Origin: Curvularia clavata
Taxonomy: Eukaryota
NCBI GenBank assembly: GCA_023920165.1
Contig: CP089279.1
Location: forward strand, 1,364,001-1,428,000
Length of the DNA: 64,000 nucleotides
Direction: 5' to 3'
The notes beneath the pieces were generated by a model. It did no database searches and was not told where the DNA came from. It worked only from the letters and a program-made list of their open reading frames with translations. Shown in pieces: positions 37,989 through 52,462 of the stretch. The first letter of the stretch is position 1, and each line of letters begins with the position of its first letter. A program made the translations under genes and the position numbers.

Positions 37989-38526
37989 AGCAAATCACCG
38001 TATCCCATTGTTTTTTGTCAAGAGAGCACATGGTCATGACAGTGTAGACATCTTGTTAGTCGACGGCAAATTGCATCGAACATTTTGGAATTAAATAGAA
38101 CACTTGAAGAAAACCTCTAGGCATCATCATTGAAATCTTGCGGGTTTAGCTTGGTTGTACCTCTGCTCGTCCGCCAAACAGCGAATGACATCATCAGTCT
38201 CCAACCGCGATTCAATCTCTACAATTCGCGCGTGCAAATGACTGCGCCCAGCTTGCGAATCATGTTCCACGAGAACTAAGATGCCGCCATAGCCATCGCG
38301 CAATGTGGCTTAGCAGGTAGGCGTTTGCTCCATCATCCCTTCGCCACGATGACGCACACTGTATTGGAAGTTGCACTCACTGCTCACACGGAGCCTCGCG
38401 GGTTATTAGCCCACCACCCCGCAATTACTGCTTACTCTACAACAATCTCTCGGTATTCTAGCCCAACGCATCCTCTGCAACTACGTCCAACTAGAATCAC
38501 AGAGTTGATATTACAGTACACGCAAC

Positions 38527-39459
38527 ATGGCAGAATACGCGCCTCCACCGGTACAGTACATCCCGATAGCAGTACCTAGTTGGTCGGCGCATGATCACGA
38601 CTGACAGTATGCGTAGGGCCCTCCACCACCGCATGTACCTGAAGGCTGGAAAGCTGTCTGGAACACACAATACAATGAATGGTTCTATGTAAACATCCAC
38701 ACGAAACAATCACAATGGGAAAAGCCAACACAACCTGCCTACCCTCCAGGTGAAGTCCCTCCTCCAGGCGCACCTCCAAACTACGTCGCGCCTTCAAGCA
38801 ACGGAGCGGTTGGAGGTGTTGCAACAAGCGGAAGCGAAAAGGGAGGTCTCGGCAGCAACAACCCGTACGCAAACATCAGTGAAGATGAGAAGCTTGCAAG
38901 GAAACTCCAAGAAGAGGAGGATGCGCGCGTGCGCGGAGCCTCGAATGATTATTACAACCAATCCAGCCAGTCGTATCCGCCACAGCAAGGTGGTTATGGA
39001 CAGCCAAGTCCAAGTCCGTTACCACAAGGACAATATCCAGATGCGCAAACACAGGACAAGGGCGGCAAGGGTAAGGGTTTCTTGGGCAAGCTCTTAGGAA
39101 AGGCTTCTGGCTCTTCACATTCACCAGCACCTGGCTATCAGCAACAACAGTATGGATACGGCCAGCCAGCCTATGGTCAACCTGTAGGAGGATACTATGG
39201 TGGGGGAGGTTATGGGCGGCCAATGGGCGGTGGTATGCCAATGGGTGGTGGCAGACGCCCTGGAGGCGGCATGGGTGGCATGGCTCTCGGAGCTGGAGGC
39301 GGTCTGCTCGCCGGTGGTCTCATCGGATCAGCATTGGCAGCTGATGGCGGCGACACATATGTCGAGAACAACTATGGCGACGATGGCGGTGACATGGGAG
39401 GAGATATGGGTGGGGATATGGGTGGTGACATGGGCGGCGATATGGGCGGCGACTTTTAA
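38527..39459 (+). CDS. WW-domain protein with Gly/Pro/Tyr-rich tail (Wwm1-like)
   Basis: MAEYAPPP, one intron, then GPPPPHVPEGWKAVWNTQYNEWFYVNIHTKQSQWEKP; SEDEKLARKLQEEE; terminal GGDM repeats. Confidence 0.85.
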
Positions 39460-39715
39460 CCCCTGCCACGAGAAGTAGACTCTCAGATTCCCCTCTATGA
39501 CGATTAGATACCTTAGCCCTCTTCATAATATCATAATTCTAGTTTGATTTCGAATTCGGTGTTGATATGATACTCCAGTAGCCGTACATGTTTACAACCT
39601 ATGACGTATCTCTGTAGTCGGCCTATTAGCCACCGAAAAACACAACACCACCAACGCCACATTTCCTATCCACCAACTGCTCATGCTGAAAGTATCTCCA
39701 CGTCTCACAAACATC

Positions 39716-41001
39716 ATGGCAGCAGAGCAACAAAAAAGAAACATTGTCATCATCGGTACTTGCTCTCGACCTTCGAACTTGACAGCGATCAGAGGCTGAT
39801 GTCTCTTCCAGGTGGCGGTATCATCGGATCAACCACGGCATACTTTCTTTCGCAGCACCCCAAATTTGATGTAGAAAAAGACCAAATCACTCTTCTAGAA
39901 GCGACCAAAATTGCTGGTGGTGCATCAGGAAAAGCCGGTGGTCTACTAGGATTATGGGCGTACCCTAGCTGCATTGTACCGCTGAGCTACAAGCTACATC
40001 AAGAGCTAGCTGAGAAACACGATGGTGCGAAGCGCTGGGGCTACCGCGCTGTGCACTGCGGCCAAATCGACATGTATGGTGTTTTAGCAAAGCAAAAGAA
40101 CGCAAAAGGCGATGCGGCGGCCAAAGGCAAAGAAGACTCTGTGAGCCTGCAAAAACGAACGCAGAAAGCCATCGGCTTGCTACGAGCCGCCGGCGTGCCC
40201 AAAGATCTAGACTGGATCGCTGCAGAAGGCATAAAATCTTATGAGGAAATGGGCACTCCGTCCACCACCGCCCAAGTCCACCCTTATCAATTTACAACCA
40301 GCATGGCGCAGCTTGCCTCTGAGAACGGCGTAAAAATCATCTACGGCAGCGCCACCGCCATCACGCAAGAAGACGGCGCCGTGAAATCCGTCTCCTACAA
40401 GCCCAAAGACTCGGATTCTGAACAAAAACTCGACGCAGAAACCGTAATCCTTACTGCAGGTCCTTGGACAAAAACTATCTGGTCCCCTTCACCCATTTCC
40501 GCCCTACGGGCGCACAGCGTAACCATCCGGCCCACACGCCCCGTCTCCGCCTATGCCCTCTTCACCTCCATCGACATGCCGCGTGGGAACGGCCGGCGCG
40601 GCGAGACAGTCACACCGGAGATTTATGCTCGACCCAATCAAGAAGTTTACGCCTGCGGCGAAGGCGATCATCTTGTTCCTTTACCCACTTCTACCGATCT
40701 CGTTCAGTGCGACGATTCTCGCTGCCAGGATATCATCGACCAGGTGTCTGCAGTCTCAGAGGAACTGCGTGATGGAGAGGTTACGGCGAGACAGGCGTGT
40801 TACTTGCCGAATGTGAGTCGTGGGGGCGGCCCGCTTATTGGCAAGACGAGTGTGAAGGGGTTGTTCATGGGGGCAGGGCATACGTGTTGGGGGATTCAGA
40901 ATGGGCCTGCTACGGGGAAGCTGCTGAGTGAATTTGTATTTGAGGGTGAGGCAAAGAGCGCGCACATTGAGAGTTTGGATCCGAGGAAGTTTGGGGTTTA
41001 G
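39716..41001 (+). CDS. FAD-dependent oxidoreductase, DAO family (Tda3-like)
   Basis: NIVIIG/GGIIG Rossmann motif across one intron; ASGKAGG, TAQVHP, GHTCWGIQNGPATG. Confidence 0.9.
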
Positions 41002-41566
41002 GGGGTAGTCTTGAGAGATGAGATAGCGAGGACGAGGTTTGTGGCATAGCAACACGGTGAGACAATCTAGATCTTGTCACTTGGATAATGAAACATAGAG
41101 TTCCTCTCTAGTTGTCATCTGCCTCAATTTGAAATCTTTCAGGTTATTATGAAATAAACTTTGTAGCGAACGTTTTTCTAGACTGGAGAAACAGCGTAAG
41201 AACCCGTGAGGAGTTCTATGATGGAAGCTCACTGACAACAAGCGACCCAATCCCTCGAACACCGAGAGCAAAGTGACACACTGTACAATCATACATAATT
41301 ATCTGGCCATAGCAGATATCAGTCACGTACAACTCTACACGATTCTAGCAGTTACTGAGATGCCATTATAGTGCCGAAAAGCCTGATCTAACAAACAAAG
41401 CGCAAGGCAACAACTTTCGCTTTTAGAATTCCATTGCTATGCCCCTTTGCCTCTAGGAAACCATTAAGAAAACCTCTACGACAACCTCATCAACGACATA
41501 CAATGCGTTCCATGGATCTTATCCTGCTTGGTCAAAAGGAGAATATGGCACTCTGCGCTCAATTCC

Positions 41567-44325
41567 TCAGATGTCGTCCAGGTCTTCGACCTCGGCCTTG
41601 CTCTTCTTGCCTTCTCCGTTAAGCCTGTCCATTGGCACATCCTCGTACCTTCGAGTCTCATTCCTGCCGCTGCTCATGGCCATGGCTTGACGGCCGGCAT
41701 CCGAGTTCTCGAGGAAGGCACGCAGCCTCTCCTTACCAACCTCCAGCCCCTGCTGTGAGGCGGCGTTGGCCATGCGTGCCATGGGGCCCCATAGGTTGAG
41801 CGTGTAGGTGACGTAGGCACCAATACCCAGAAGAATGAGGAAAATAAAGTAGATTGGGTTGCGTAGAACTAAAGTTAGTCAGCATTACAGAACCGAAGAA
41901 AGAATGAAGGGGTAAGCATACCGGCAACTATCTCGTTCCAACCCAGCGCAAGGAGCAGACCGTAGAAGTATAGCGGGACTTGAGTAATGCCACCAATCGC
42001 GCTACGCTTGGCCTCAACATAGACGCCATCTGCGGTCTTCTTGAAGCGGACAAGCAGGTCGGCTTGCTTGGCGTCGGACAAAATGGTCATCTCCTCTTCA
42101 AGGCTCTTGCCCTCTTCGTCGTCCACGCCACCAATGGGCGTCAGATCATCCTCGTCTGCTGGAGTCACTGAAGCTGGAGCTTCGCCGATCCAGGTATCGA
42201 GTGGCGGAGGCTTCGAAGTCGCCGCAAGCTTGAAGCGAGCGAGAAGCGGGATCACTGTGATTGTAGACTCGCGAGCCTTGGTGTAGATACCCTCGATATC
42301 GTCTGTGGGTCTCCATATTCTTGGCACACCGTGCTCATCATAGCGGAACTTGTCTTCAAAGTTCTCCCTGAGCTTGAGCAGGATGTTGCCCTCCATGACT
42401 TCTTCGTCAAGCTTGGCGCGAAGCACAGCCCAAGACTTACGTCGTAGCCTCCACAGACCAACCTCGACTTCCTCAGGGCTAGCATCGAAGCTAGAGGCTC
42501 GGTCCGTGAACCGCTTCTCGGCACTGGAGACCGTTTCAGTGAAGATATTCCAGACACGATCCCATAGATCCTTCTCTGTGGGAGGTCGGTCGCCATGCTC
42601 AGGCGCACCAGAGCCGCCACGGCCGGATCCGAGCTTGTTGAACTCAAGACCAATAGACTCATCTAGACGTGAGCGCACCCAGCGCTCGATTCTAGTAGCT
42701 AGGCGTCTCATCTCTTCTTTACGAAGGCGGCTGGAGACGTCATCCAGCTCCTTCTTGTAAATCTTCATCTCATTCTCGTAATTGCTCCAGCTCGCTGCCT
42801 CAATAGTCATTGCCTTTGCATCCTCCTCGAACTTGGCGAGTGCCTTCTTCTTTTCTGAGTCGACAATCTGTGCAAAGTCATAAGAAGCTCCCTTCTTCTG
42901 GCCGCTCTTCACCGCTGCGCTAACAGCTTCACTGAAGCTTTCCACACCAGACTTGTGGGCAGCAGTGAGCTGCTTCTGGTACAGAGCCTTCAGGCGCGTA
43001 TCAACCTTAGCCTCGAGCTCTGCTTGCTTCCGCTTGTAGACACCCTTGTGGTATCGGCTCGCGTTCGTATCAAAGTCCTTGAGGACCTTCGTTCGTGCGG
43101 CATTCATGATGGGTCCAAGATCAGGGATGACTGAGAATGTTCCAGCCCGAGCAGCGTCGGCTTGCTGGTCTTCGAGGGGTGTGACCTTTTCGTCAAAAGC
43201 AACGAGAACCTCTCTCGAAATCTCGTCGCACCGGAACTGAGCCAAGAGCTCTTGCTGCGTTGGCAGGTCCAGGTCCTTATTGTTGACAATCTGGTCCCAG
43301 ACACCCTCTGCATATGTGGGAAAACCATCGGCCGGAATCCGTCGGTGGTATTGAGGGAGGAAGATAGGTGCAGTGGTCTCATCGATGAGCCCACTCTTCC
43401 TTGGGTCACTGTATCCTTCCTTGAATCTTGTGCTGAGCTGGGTGACTGCTTCCTCGAACTTTTCTGGCTGGAGTATCTTGTGTGGTAATGCCACGAAGGC
43501 GAAGTCGAAGTAGTCGTCGATGCGCGAGTTTTCCAAACCATTGGGTTTAGAGATGGTCGACCATAATTTGGATAGGTCTTGTATCAAGGTGTTTTGTAGG
43601 TTCTTGAGGGGCGTGGTACCGAGGTGATCGCGGATGACGAAGAACAGGAGGGATCTCGGCGTAGTTCTGGCCCGGACTGTCAGCACAAGAGCATAACCCG
43701 ACATGACCAAGACAGACTTACTGGCTGTCTTTGACGAAGAGTTGCAAGTTGACCTCGAAGACGGTCTTGAGCAACCCCATGTTGGCGCCCTGGTAAAGAC
43801 CAACTTGGTGTTCCCAGATGTTGACAATGAGGACCTCGCTCGTGGCAAGGGCGAAGAGAGCACTCTTTCGCTCAAAGTCCTGGTCCTCACCACGTTCTCT
43901 ACCATCAGTTCCCTCAACATCCATAACCAAGATGTTCTCTGCCATGCCCGAGCCACCTGCCTCGCGCTTATTCTTGCTCATCCAAATTCCCTTTGTAGTT
44001 TGCCGGCGTTCCTGTTCCGACATGACGCCAAACTGGGTTCCGAATAGGTGGTTGAGGAGGGTGGATTTACCCGTTGATTGTGAGCCAAAGACGGATATGA
44101 GGTGGTAGTTGAATCCGGCGGGGATGACATTTTCGACACTGAGGTATGAAGACAAGTTTCCGCTGCATTGCGAGTAGACATTAGCATTGTGCCCCTCCAC
44201 AAACACCAGGTGTCTGGTACCACGACATACTTGAACATCTTGTCCTCGTCAATGACCTGGATGCCATGCTCGTAGGACTGTTTGTCGGCATTGTCGCCCA
44301 CTCCCGCAAAGTGCGAGTTCATCAT
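41567..44325 (-). CDS. SEY1: SEY1/RHD3 dynamin-like ER fusion GTPase
   Basis: [42 protein letters not shown] and a C-terminal TM hairpin LGWNE..LRNP; three introns. An upstream in-frame ATG also exists at 44400. Confidence 0.96.
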
Positions 44326-44856
44326 GAGAGACGGTGAGGTGTGATGTTTGATGTTGCTAGGGCGGCTCTGGCCGTTGGCCTGGAGGAGTTGATCGGCCAT
44401 TAGGTACCTGTTTTTTCCAGTCCAGCCGCGGGCTGCACGTGCGTACGGGAAGAATAATGGCGGGTTGGCAGAAGTGAAAGCTGGCCGTTGATGTCACAGG
44501 CCGACCGCCTACTGGCGCCCGCCTCGACGCCATTCGCTGCTGCACCCTGGCTCGACCCTCGCTTAACCGCCGCGGTGGTGGTTGCTGTACAAATGACGGA
44601 CCTCTGCATCATGCTCTCTTGTCTGTGTTTACGCCTTCGAGACATGCGAGCAGCTGCGCTTGCGGCTTGCTATCCCGTGGCCCATTGGAGTCAGAGTCAG
44701 GCATAGCAGTGGAGGGGTCACGTCGCCGGTTTGAGAGACATGGTTGCATGACCAACGTGCTCTTGGCATTGATGGGACGCTAGCTGCTAAGACTGCATCA
44801 CGTGCCATCATCCTAGACGCATGGTAGACATGTGCAATTGAGGACATCCTCCCGCA

Positions 44857-45543
44857 TTAGAAGCTCCGATATCCCTTTCCACCACTCACCATATCTCCAC
44901 TGATCTTGCTGATCTCTTCGCTATTCTTGACCCAAGCTTTCGTCGCATCTTCCCACACTCTGCTCCCAAACTTGCTCCTGCACCAATCTAGAACTCTCCC
45001 TGCCTCATCCCGAATCCTCTGTTCGATCTGCCTTTCCTCACCCTCTCTCACCTGACCCTGTTTCTGTTTTCTGAAAGTCTCGACATCGTCAATGAGACGT
45101 GCAGCATCGCTCTCTCCGTAGACAAACTTGATGAGCGAGTCGGATATGTGCGACTTGCTACCGACTTGTTCAGCGACCTCGGAATCGAGTCGTTGTCCGC
45201 CATCTCTGTGCTTGGGCTGGTAGCCGTCGCAAGCATCTGAAACGTCGCTGATCCATGCTCGTGCGTTGTTGAAATCGCCTTCAGCTCGGTGCAAGATACC
45301 GTGCAGCAGCATCCCCTCTACAGCCGGTGGAGCCTGCATGTGCCGGACGAGAAAGTGGGCAGATGGCAAATCGTGGTTTAAGATGTGCAGAAGGGCTTCG
45401 ATGGTGGGATGGACGTGCAAATCTGCAATATTCGCGGTGAGTCGTGTGTCCTGAGGCTTCTTAGGGGCGTGGACGAGACAAGTGTTTGCTATTAGTCTGC
45501 GCGATATCAGATCCAATCGCTGTGCTACATCTGGCTCTTCCAT
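44857..45543 (-). CDS. Hypothetical protein (228 aa)
   Basis: Intronless ORF with coding-like composition; motif LHILNHDLPSAHFLVRHMQ...HGILHRAEGDFNNARAW. Confidence 0.7.
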   Translation of the reverse strand: MEEPDVAQRLDLISRRLIANTCLVHAPKKPQDTRLTANIADLHVHPTIEALLHILNHDLPSAHFLVRHMQAPPAVEGMLLHGILHRAEGDFNNARAWISDVSDACDGYQPKHRDGGQRLDSEVAEQVGSKSHISDSLIKFVYGESDAARLIDDVETFRKQKQGQVREGEERQIEQRIRDEAGRVLDWCRSKFGSRVWEDATKAWVKNSEEISKISGDMVSGGKGYRSF

Positions 45544-46146
45544 GATTTTTCTTAGGTCTTTGGGTAGTTTGCTCTCTTTGCGACGATTTACTAGTAGGAT
45601 GCTAGCTGTTTTGAGATCAGTACGACGCCCGAGGCTGAAGATGAGGCGGTACCAGCGTATATTGTAAAATGTGAAGGCTGTAGACCGGAAACTCAGTGAA
45701 TCAGATGGGTGTTACTTAGGCTCGCTGCTAAATTCAGTGACGTGCTCTATACCTGGTACTGCACTCGTCCATAGGCATAGACGTCATCTTGGACCCTGAG
45801 ATCCTCTATCGCATATTCAAAGGGTCAACTTCTTACAGTCGTTCGGCGTTACATCGAACACTTGAATACAGAGCTAGTTGATACAGAGCTAGATTCATGC
45901 GAGGAAATCTTCTTTGAAGCGCTGAGATCTAAAGGTATGCGATACGACTTTTCCAATCTCCCGCGGATATTCCAACTAGTCATACAGATATCATAAACAA
46001 TGAAGAAAAAGAATCGTATCAATGCTCCCCAAGACGCCTGAAAATGAGGACCAAAGTCCTAGATATGGAAAGGAACCCTTCTGAGCCATACGGATGTCGG
46101 GAAGGTAAAGGATGATCGGGTAGCAACAGAGTCCGACGCAGGCGGT

Positions 46147-47104
46147 TTAGGCCTTCTGCTTGTTCTGCTCCTCTTCCCTCTCAGCCTTCTCTTCTTTCTT
46201 GTTGGCCGCATCCCGGTGCTGCATGGCCTGGTGCTGCTTTCCTTTGGCGGCAGCCTCGCGCTCCTTCTGGCGCTGTTCCTCAGCTTCGACCATTTCTGTG
46301 TTCTCTTGTCAGTTCAATGTTCTCTGTATAGTGGACAAAAGAATCGTACCTCTCCACTGGTCCTCACCAGCATATCTCTCGTGATGGATCTTCTTCTCGA
46401 TAATGTGCTTGTGCTCGGGGTCGTTGGGGTCAATGATCTTGATTGTCTCCCACCTTCCCTTACCCTTGGCCGCATCTGCACCCTCGATAGCAAAGCTGCC
46501 TAGCAGTGCAGCCAGTGTGCTTCCTTGAGCGTACATACGCGCCTGCACAAGCTTCTGGGATCCGCTCAGGTAAGGGTTTCGGTTGACCATGTGCCATGAG
46601 CCGGCCATGGAGGCAACCCAGAAACCGAACAGAAGCGGGTAACGGTTCTCCGTCGCCCAGTCTTTCGCACGCTGGAGTGGGGTTCTGTTGGCTTCGAGGA
46701 GGGCTTCGCGCTGTTGCTCACGCTCGATTTGACGCTTCTTTTCGGGTGTGTGTTCGATGTCGTATTGTGCGGAAGCTCTATCGGCGGCAATGACGGCTAG
46801 AATTATATTGTCAGACCGCGAGTTTCCCAAACATGAAAGCTGTGCACTCGAACATACCAACAAAGGTACCTGTTGACGCCACCAGGAAAGCCCGGAATGG
46901 CACGGTGAGGGCTCGGAACGAATGGTATCGCTTGCTCGCGGCCATGACGGCTGCAGCACCTATGGCTGTGCCAACAACGCCGCCTATCGAGCCGCCCTTG
47001 ACGGTAGCACTGGTGTTTGTTAGCACTCAATTTCCCTCAGCGCTGCGACAATGTGCGGCTTACTTGTAGTGCGCCTGCTCCTCTTCCTTGGTAAGAACCT
47101 TCAT
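46147..47104 (-). CDS. RCF2: Mitochondrial HIG1-domain protein, respiratory supercomplex factor 2
   Basis: MKVLTKEEEQAHY, WATENRY and QKLVQARMYAQG (HIG1 motif); three introns. Confidence 0.9.
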
Positions 47105-48540
47105 GTTGACTTGTGTGAAGCTGATGTGGGCTGGTAAATGTGTGTTGGTGTATGAGATGTTGGATGCGCGATGGTTTGGAAGGAGTATGAGGATGAATTG
47201 CAAGAGACAATGATTTAATTGTTGCGTGGTGATATAGGATGTCAATCGGCGTCCACGGCGTCTTATTAAAAGATAACGCGGCGTTCCAATTCTACCATAG
47301 TGACGTCGCCGAGCTTGCGGCATCGCTAGGCCCTGTTGATGAGGTAAGGCTTTCCGGCAGACCCTGTCTAGCCCTAGCCCTACCAATCTTCTGGCCCGAT
47401 TACTGCGCGGCGCGATCAGGTCATTGATGCGTGATCTCACAAATACATAGACTGCTTTCCACTACGGGACAAGACAATGCTTCCTTTCTTGCGAGGCTCG
47501 CTGGAAATTGTGTTTCCTGCTGCAGGCACCTCGCTTTACTGCACATAGAAACCACACTGAGTGCCTGGTTTCTGGATGGATTATGATTAGACTGCATCAA
47601 CGCGCGCATATTGCAACCTGCATAGTCGTTGAAAAAACTGCAGAGTAAGAACCTGTAAGCCACGCTTCCCGGTCTGTTCCAAGTCGGCAGTGCGTCGTCA
47701 GTCATCTGTCGCATGTAGCTCGGGTTTCACGCCGAATCGGCATCTCCATAGTTGCCGGCACGCCGCTTTGGTTCTATGGCCACCATCAGATGTGCGGCTA
47801 GATCCTCACGGTTTTTTCGACATTCATGCGCTGGCAAAATCCTATTTCTTGACTGTTTTTCCCTTGGCCATTTTTGTTGGTATCCGAAGGACGTTGTCCA
47901 TGTACAAAAAGCCGTCTGCCCGAATACATCCGAAACCCCGCCGAATTCCGTACAATCTCCACGCTTCACCGAGTTGTCGCCGCCAGCCTTGAACAATACA
48001 TTTTCGTACTCGTGGCCAAACCGCTGGGACTGACTATGCGAACAACCGTTACACCCCAAGAATACTCGAGTGTCGCCTACGACAGAGACGGAGCCGATGA
48101 ATCGCCGAATTGACATTGCATTGAAAAATACATACATTCCGTGATAACATTACCACTACTATCGTATTGCAATTTGATCAATCTGCTTTTTTAAGAAGTG
48201 TAACCATGTGGGCACAATCCAGCTCGCTGCTCATCATATTATCCCAGGCTTCCGCCGCTAATCTGGCCCAAGCAGTCAAGACTGTTGAAAATGCCACGAT
48301 AAACAAGAAAAGACATGCAGGCCGATAAACCATTTCCGACAAACGATATTGTGCCAGTCGACAGCGAGCAATGCGTATTATGCTCATTTTAAGCCAATGA
48401 ATCTGACAATCTCTTCGACATTGATCTTAGCTTTTGGCCATATCCACAATACCTTCTTCGAGATTGAGAGCGAGGGGTGCAGGCTGAGGATACCCAACGG
48501 TACGTATGTGGACGACGACATAGAGCCTCGAATTCGACAT

Positions 48541-51000
48541 TTAACGGAAAGTGCCAAAAGTGGGTCGCGAAGTAGGGTTGCCGTAGCGTGGAAGCATGCC
48601 AACTGGAGGTCCGGGGCGCGTAGTAAGAGCAGGGTTGCAGCAAAGCATGGCGACGCGAGAGCCATACTTGGAACCACGGAGCGAGACCATGTGCTTTCGA
48701 ATGTGGCCGCCGACGAGCTCGCGATGGTGAGGGCTGCTGTTGGTCAAGATGTACTGTATGAGGTAGTTACCGAACTGGTCACCTGCAACTGTTTTGAGGT
48801 TGGCAAATTTGTCTGAACTGAGAGGCGAGGTTGTCACTTACTATCAATCAGGGGCATGCGTGGGCGATCAGGGCGAGCTTCACAAACGCGATCGAGGTAC
48901 CGGTCCAGAAACTCGCTGCCGCCAATCTTGAGGCACTTCTCGATGACCTTCGAAGCATACTGATCCATGCTGTACTCTGTGCTGAAGCGAAGAATATGTT
49001 CAATGGCACGACTGCGGTCGGCGGGTGCACCATGCTCGCAGATGTGCTGAATGCACCAGTTTCCGAACTGTCCATGAGCAATCACATCAATGCTAGCCAG
49101 GACCTCGTTGATGCATGGGCGCTACTATAATTTAGTTCCGCGAACAGCATATACAAAGCGTGTACACGTACCTTGTCTTCCTCGAGGCAGTTCTCAAAGA
49201 TGTTTTGGACGACAAGACTTCCAGTCTCGCCCAATGCGACCTCGTGCCACATACCGCGAAGAGCTTCATTGACGTAGCGCATGATCTGAGGCGGAGAGTC
49301 GCTCCAGCGAAGCTCGAACAGCTTCTGCCAGACATGGCAAGCATAACGATGGATCACAGTCTCGGGGATGCGGCGGAGCAGCTCATGGACCATGGTCGCC
49401 TTGTACTCCTCGGGAACGCAGTCGAAGGCTTTCTGAATAACGTGGCAGCCGAAAGCATCCATGCTCAGCGCAAGGGTATTGCCGCGGATGGCTTGAGCAA
49501 TCGCAATCACCTGGTCCCGTGTACCATGCTCGAAGCAGCGTTGAACGAGGAAGTTGCCGAAGCGATTGATCATCAGAGGGTAGGCCTGGGAGATGATGGC
49601 GTCGACGATTTCGTACTTCTGTTCGGGCGTGCCTACCTTGAGCTTCTGTTGAAGAAAGATGGAGGCTTGCTGATCGTTGTTGCAGATGATCTTGTCGACA
49701 ATGTACTTCCAGTTGCAGCTCATGTTGCGATCCAGCAGACGACGGTAGTTCATGGGCTCGACAGGGGGCACATACTGGGTAGTGCCAGTCTCGCTTTGAG
49801 CCTAGTTCTTTGTTAGTACTGGCCATGCGTATGAGGCATCGACTGCTCACCTGTGCGTTCCAAGGAGATGATCCTGCATTATTGGGGAAGCTGAACTCAT
49901 TGGCGTCTGCAGAGAGATTGCTGGACATGGTGCCAATTGGTGCAGGAAGTGCAGGATGACCGATGGGATACATTGGTGGCATAGCATACTGGTTATACCC
50001 TGGATCGAACGCAGAGTTGGGTCGAGTAGGCGGGTTACTCAGGCTGTTGTTCATGCACATGGCATTGCCCATTCCGTTGTTGATGCCACTTGCCATACCG
50101 CTGCTGCGAAAGCTCTGGTCCAGTGGAAAGTGCGTGGGCTCATTCAAGTACCTGGTGCGGCAATGAACCTGCTGTGCAGTCTGTGGCCGGGTCTGATTCT
50201 GCATTGTCTGCGTCTGAGGGATACCGAAGCCGACATTGCCCATGTAACTAGACTGCGTGGATCCATTGCCCCAACCATAGTTGCTTCGAGTGGAGGCGTT
50301 GAACCTGCTTTGGAGACTTGCAAGCGTCTGCTCAGTGACTTCTTCAGGGTAACCATGATCAGCCTCTGAAGACTGGCTGAGATGCTCCATGGTTGAGCGA
50401 GCTACGTTTTGGCTGTGCATCTCTTGGTTGACACGATTGACTTCGTTACGAGCTTCCTGTAGCTCGAGTTTCAGCTTCTGCAACTCGACAGCCTCAACCA
50501 GGACAACGGAATTGTCCATCTCTGTGGGTGGCGTAGATGCGTAGTCCTCGGTGGTCGGAGTCATCGACATAGAGCCGCTGGCCGAGTTGTACGGGTCATT
50601 GGGAGGGGAGTGCCTATTGAAGCGCAGCAGCATCGCGTCTACGACAGCCTGTTCATCGCCAGTCTCCATACTGGGCTTCTGTATACGTTAGAACAATGCG
50701 TGAAGAGACAGGTATGAAACAACTGACCTTGTAACCGTCAAGCGAGTCCTGCTGTTGAAGAAGAGATCGGTTGCCTAGGGTAGAAGGTCCAGGTGGCCGC
50801 TTGAAGCCCTGTGTATTGGAAGTCAATGTTGAGCCAAACGCGCGTTGAAAGGCATCCTGTAGGTTGTTCAGGCCCATGCTGCCTACCGCTTGACCCAGAG
50901 CTTCCGGTGAGGTGTCAGCTCTGAGGTCTCCTGGTACCGGAAATCGAGTAGGGCCCTTGCGCGGCGTAGGGGAACCGTCGGAAGCTATATTGAAGCTCAT
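48541..51000 (-). CDS. Pumilio/PUF-repeat RNA-binding protein
   Basis: PUF repeats DQQASIFLQQ, NRFGNFLVQR, DAFGCHVIQK, YACHVWQK, FGNWCIQH, YASKVIEK and FGNYLIQY across several exons; low-complexity N-terminus. Confidence 0.92.
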
Positions 51001-52462
51001 AGCAGCCGAACTTGAGCGTGGAGTAGATGGTATAAATCAGGGAGGTGCGGGAAGTTTGCAGATTGTATGGCGGAAACACTGCGGTCCCAAAGACGGCTGG
51101 GACCAAATCTGGAGCTATGGGTCGAGTGTGCAAATAAGATGCAGGACATATGCTGCCTGAGACTCGGGTGGTGTGTTATATGAACAAGGTAGATGCAGAA
51201 GGGACGAAGAGACGGGTCAAATGCAGATAGATTAGGTGCTAGAGAGTGAGGAAATAAGGAAAGGGATCAGTAGGGAAACGACGAGAAGGGACACGGTAAG
51301 GTCGTGTTGGATAGCAGGAAGCGAGGTAACGGTGAGAGAAGCTTCTAAGATACTTGGGGTGAGCACGTTTTCGAGGAAGGTGCGTGGCGTCGGCTTTTAG
51401 TTTTGGCTTTCACTCCACGGCGCGGCCAGGCCCAATCTGGCTAGAATGGCAAACGCCGAATTGGACAATGGCTAGAAGGGCTCGTTTGCTATGCTTTTAT
51501 GTGCGTGTTATGGAAACATAAGTTCCTGCGAAGTCAAATTCGTGTCATACCAGCCGCCTGGAAAGAGAATATTTCAGCTGTGCCGCCCGAGAGCTGGAAA
51601 AGGTGCGTCCAGCCCAAAGCCATATCAGTGTGTATTGACTTCTTGCGTAAATGGCTTTCGGTACCATTTAGATCGTCTGGTGTGTGGCGTTGTATGGTTA
51701 GAGCTACTCTACAAGCTCAGAGGAGCTGCTAGGCGGTGACTTGCCCTTAACTGAGCACTGTTGGAAGTCACTACGTCGTATCCAACATAGGAATAGTCCA
51801 AGTTTACCCAGCTCCCCAGCAAACCATATAATTCGAGTCCACTTACATGAAAAGCCACTACAACTTCAGTCTATAGTAGCTGTGAGACAACTACAGTCAC
51901 TTGTAAAATATTCTGATTCGTTGCTTTACAAGTTACCATCCAGGTCGAAAGCAACTCCAGTGCTGAACGCCCGATGTCACTCCAACACTACACGCTCGGC
52001 TTTGGAGAGTTTGACTTGCTTTTCTTGTTAACCTATACTAATATTGTGTACAAACAACCTCAGCTAATACAATAGGCGTGTTACAGAGTGCGATGATGGC
52101 AGCAGTAACTTCGCTTTTAGAGATGTTAAATTGCACTCGCAGTATAGCAAAGCTCTATTAACTAGATACAAAGTCTATTAGGGCAGAAAAGGGCTATAGT
52201 ATGCTTATTTGTGTTGAGATAGAGAATCGCTGCTACTATAGTAGCAGAAATTAAGTGATATTAAGCCACTCGTCCGTGTCTAAGATACGTTACGAGTTTC
52301 TTACGTGAATACAACAACTAAACTGGCATTACATCTGTTCTCCGCTATCCCACTAATGACACCACTCTCATGACATGTATCCCACTTTAGCTTGGTATCA
52401 GAACAGATTATAACTCACAACTCCTAAAGCCTCCACTCGGTACAGCCTATGACGACATCTCG

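Noticed and set aside
39370..39456. 12-bp repeats encoding GGDM as a RiPP core or CRISPR-like array
   Set aside because: Low-complexity tail of a WW protein with no signal peptide, KR sites or spacers.
45866..45892. ATACAGAGCTAG duplicated with a 3-bp spacer
   Set aside because: Simple local duplication with no supporting element.
48120..48140. UGUAUGUA downstream of the PUF gene as an autoregulatory site
   Set aside because: Does not match a full PUF element, is common by chance, and the extent of the 3' UTR is unknown.
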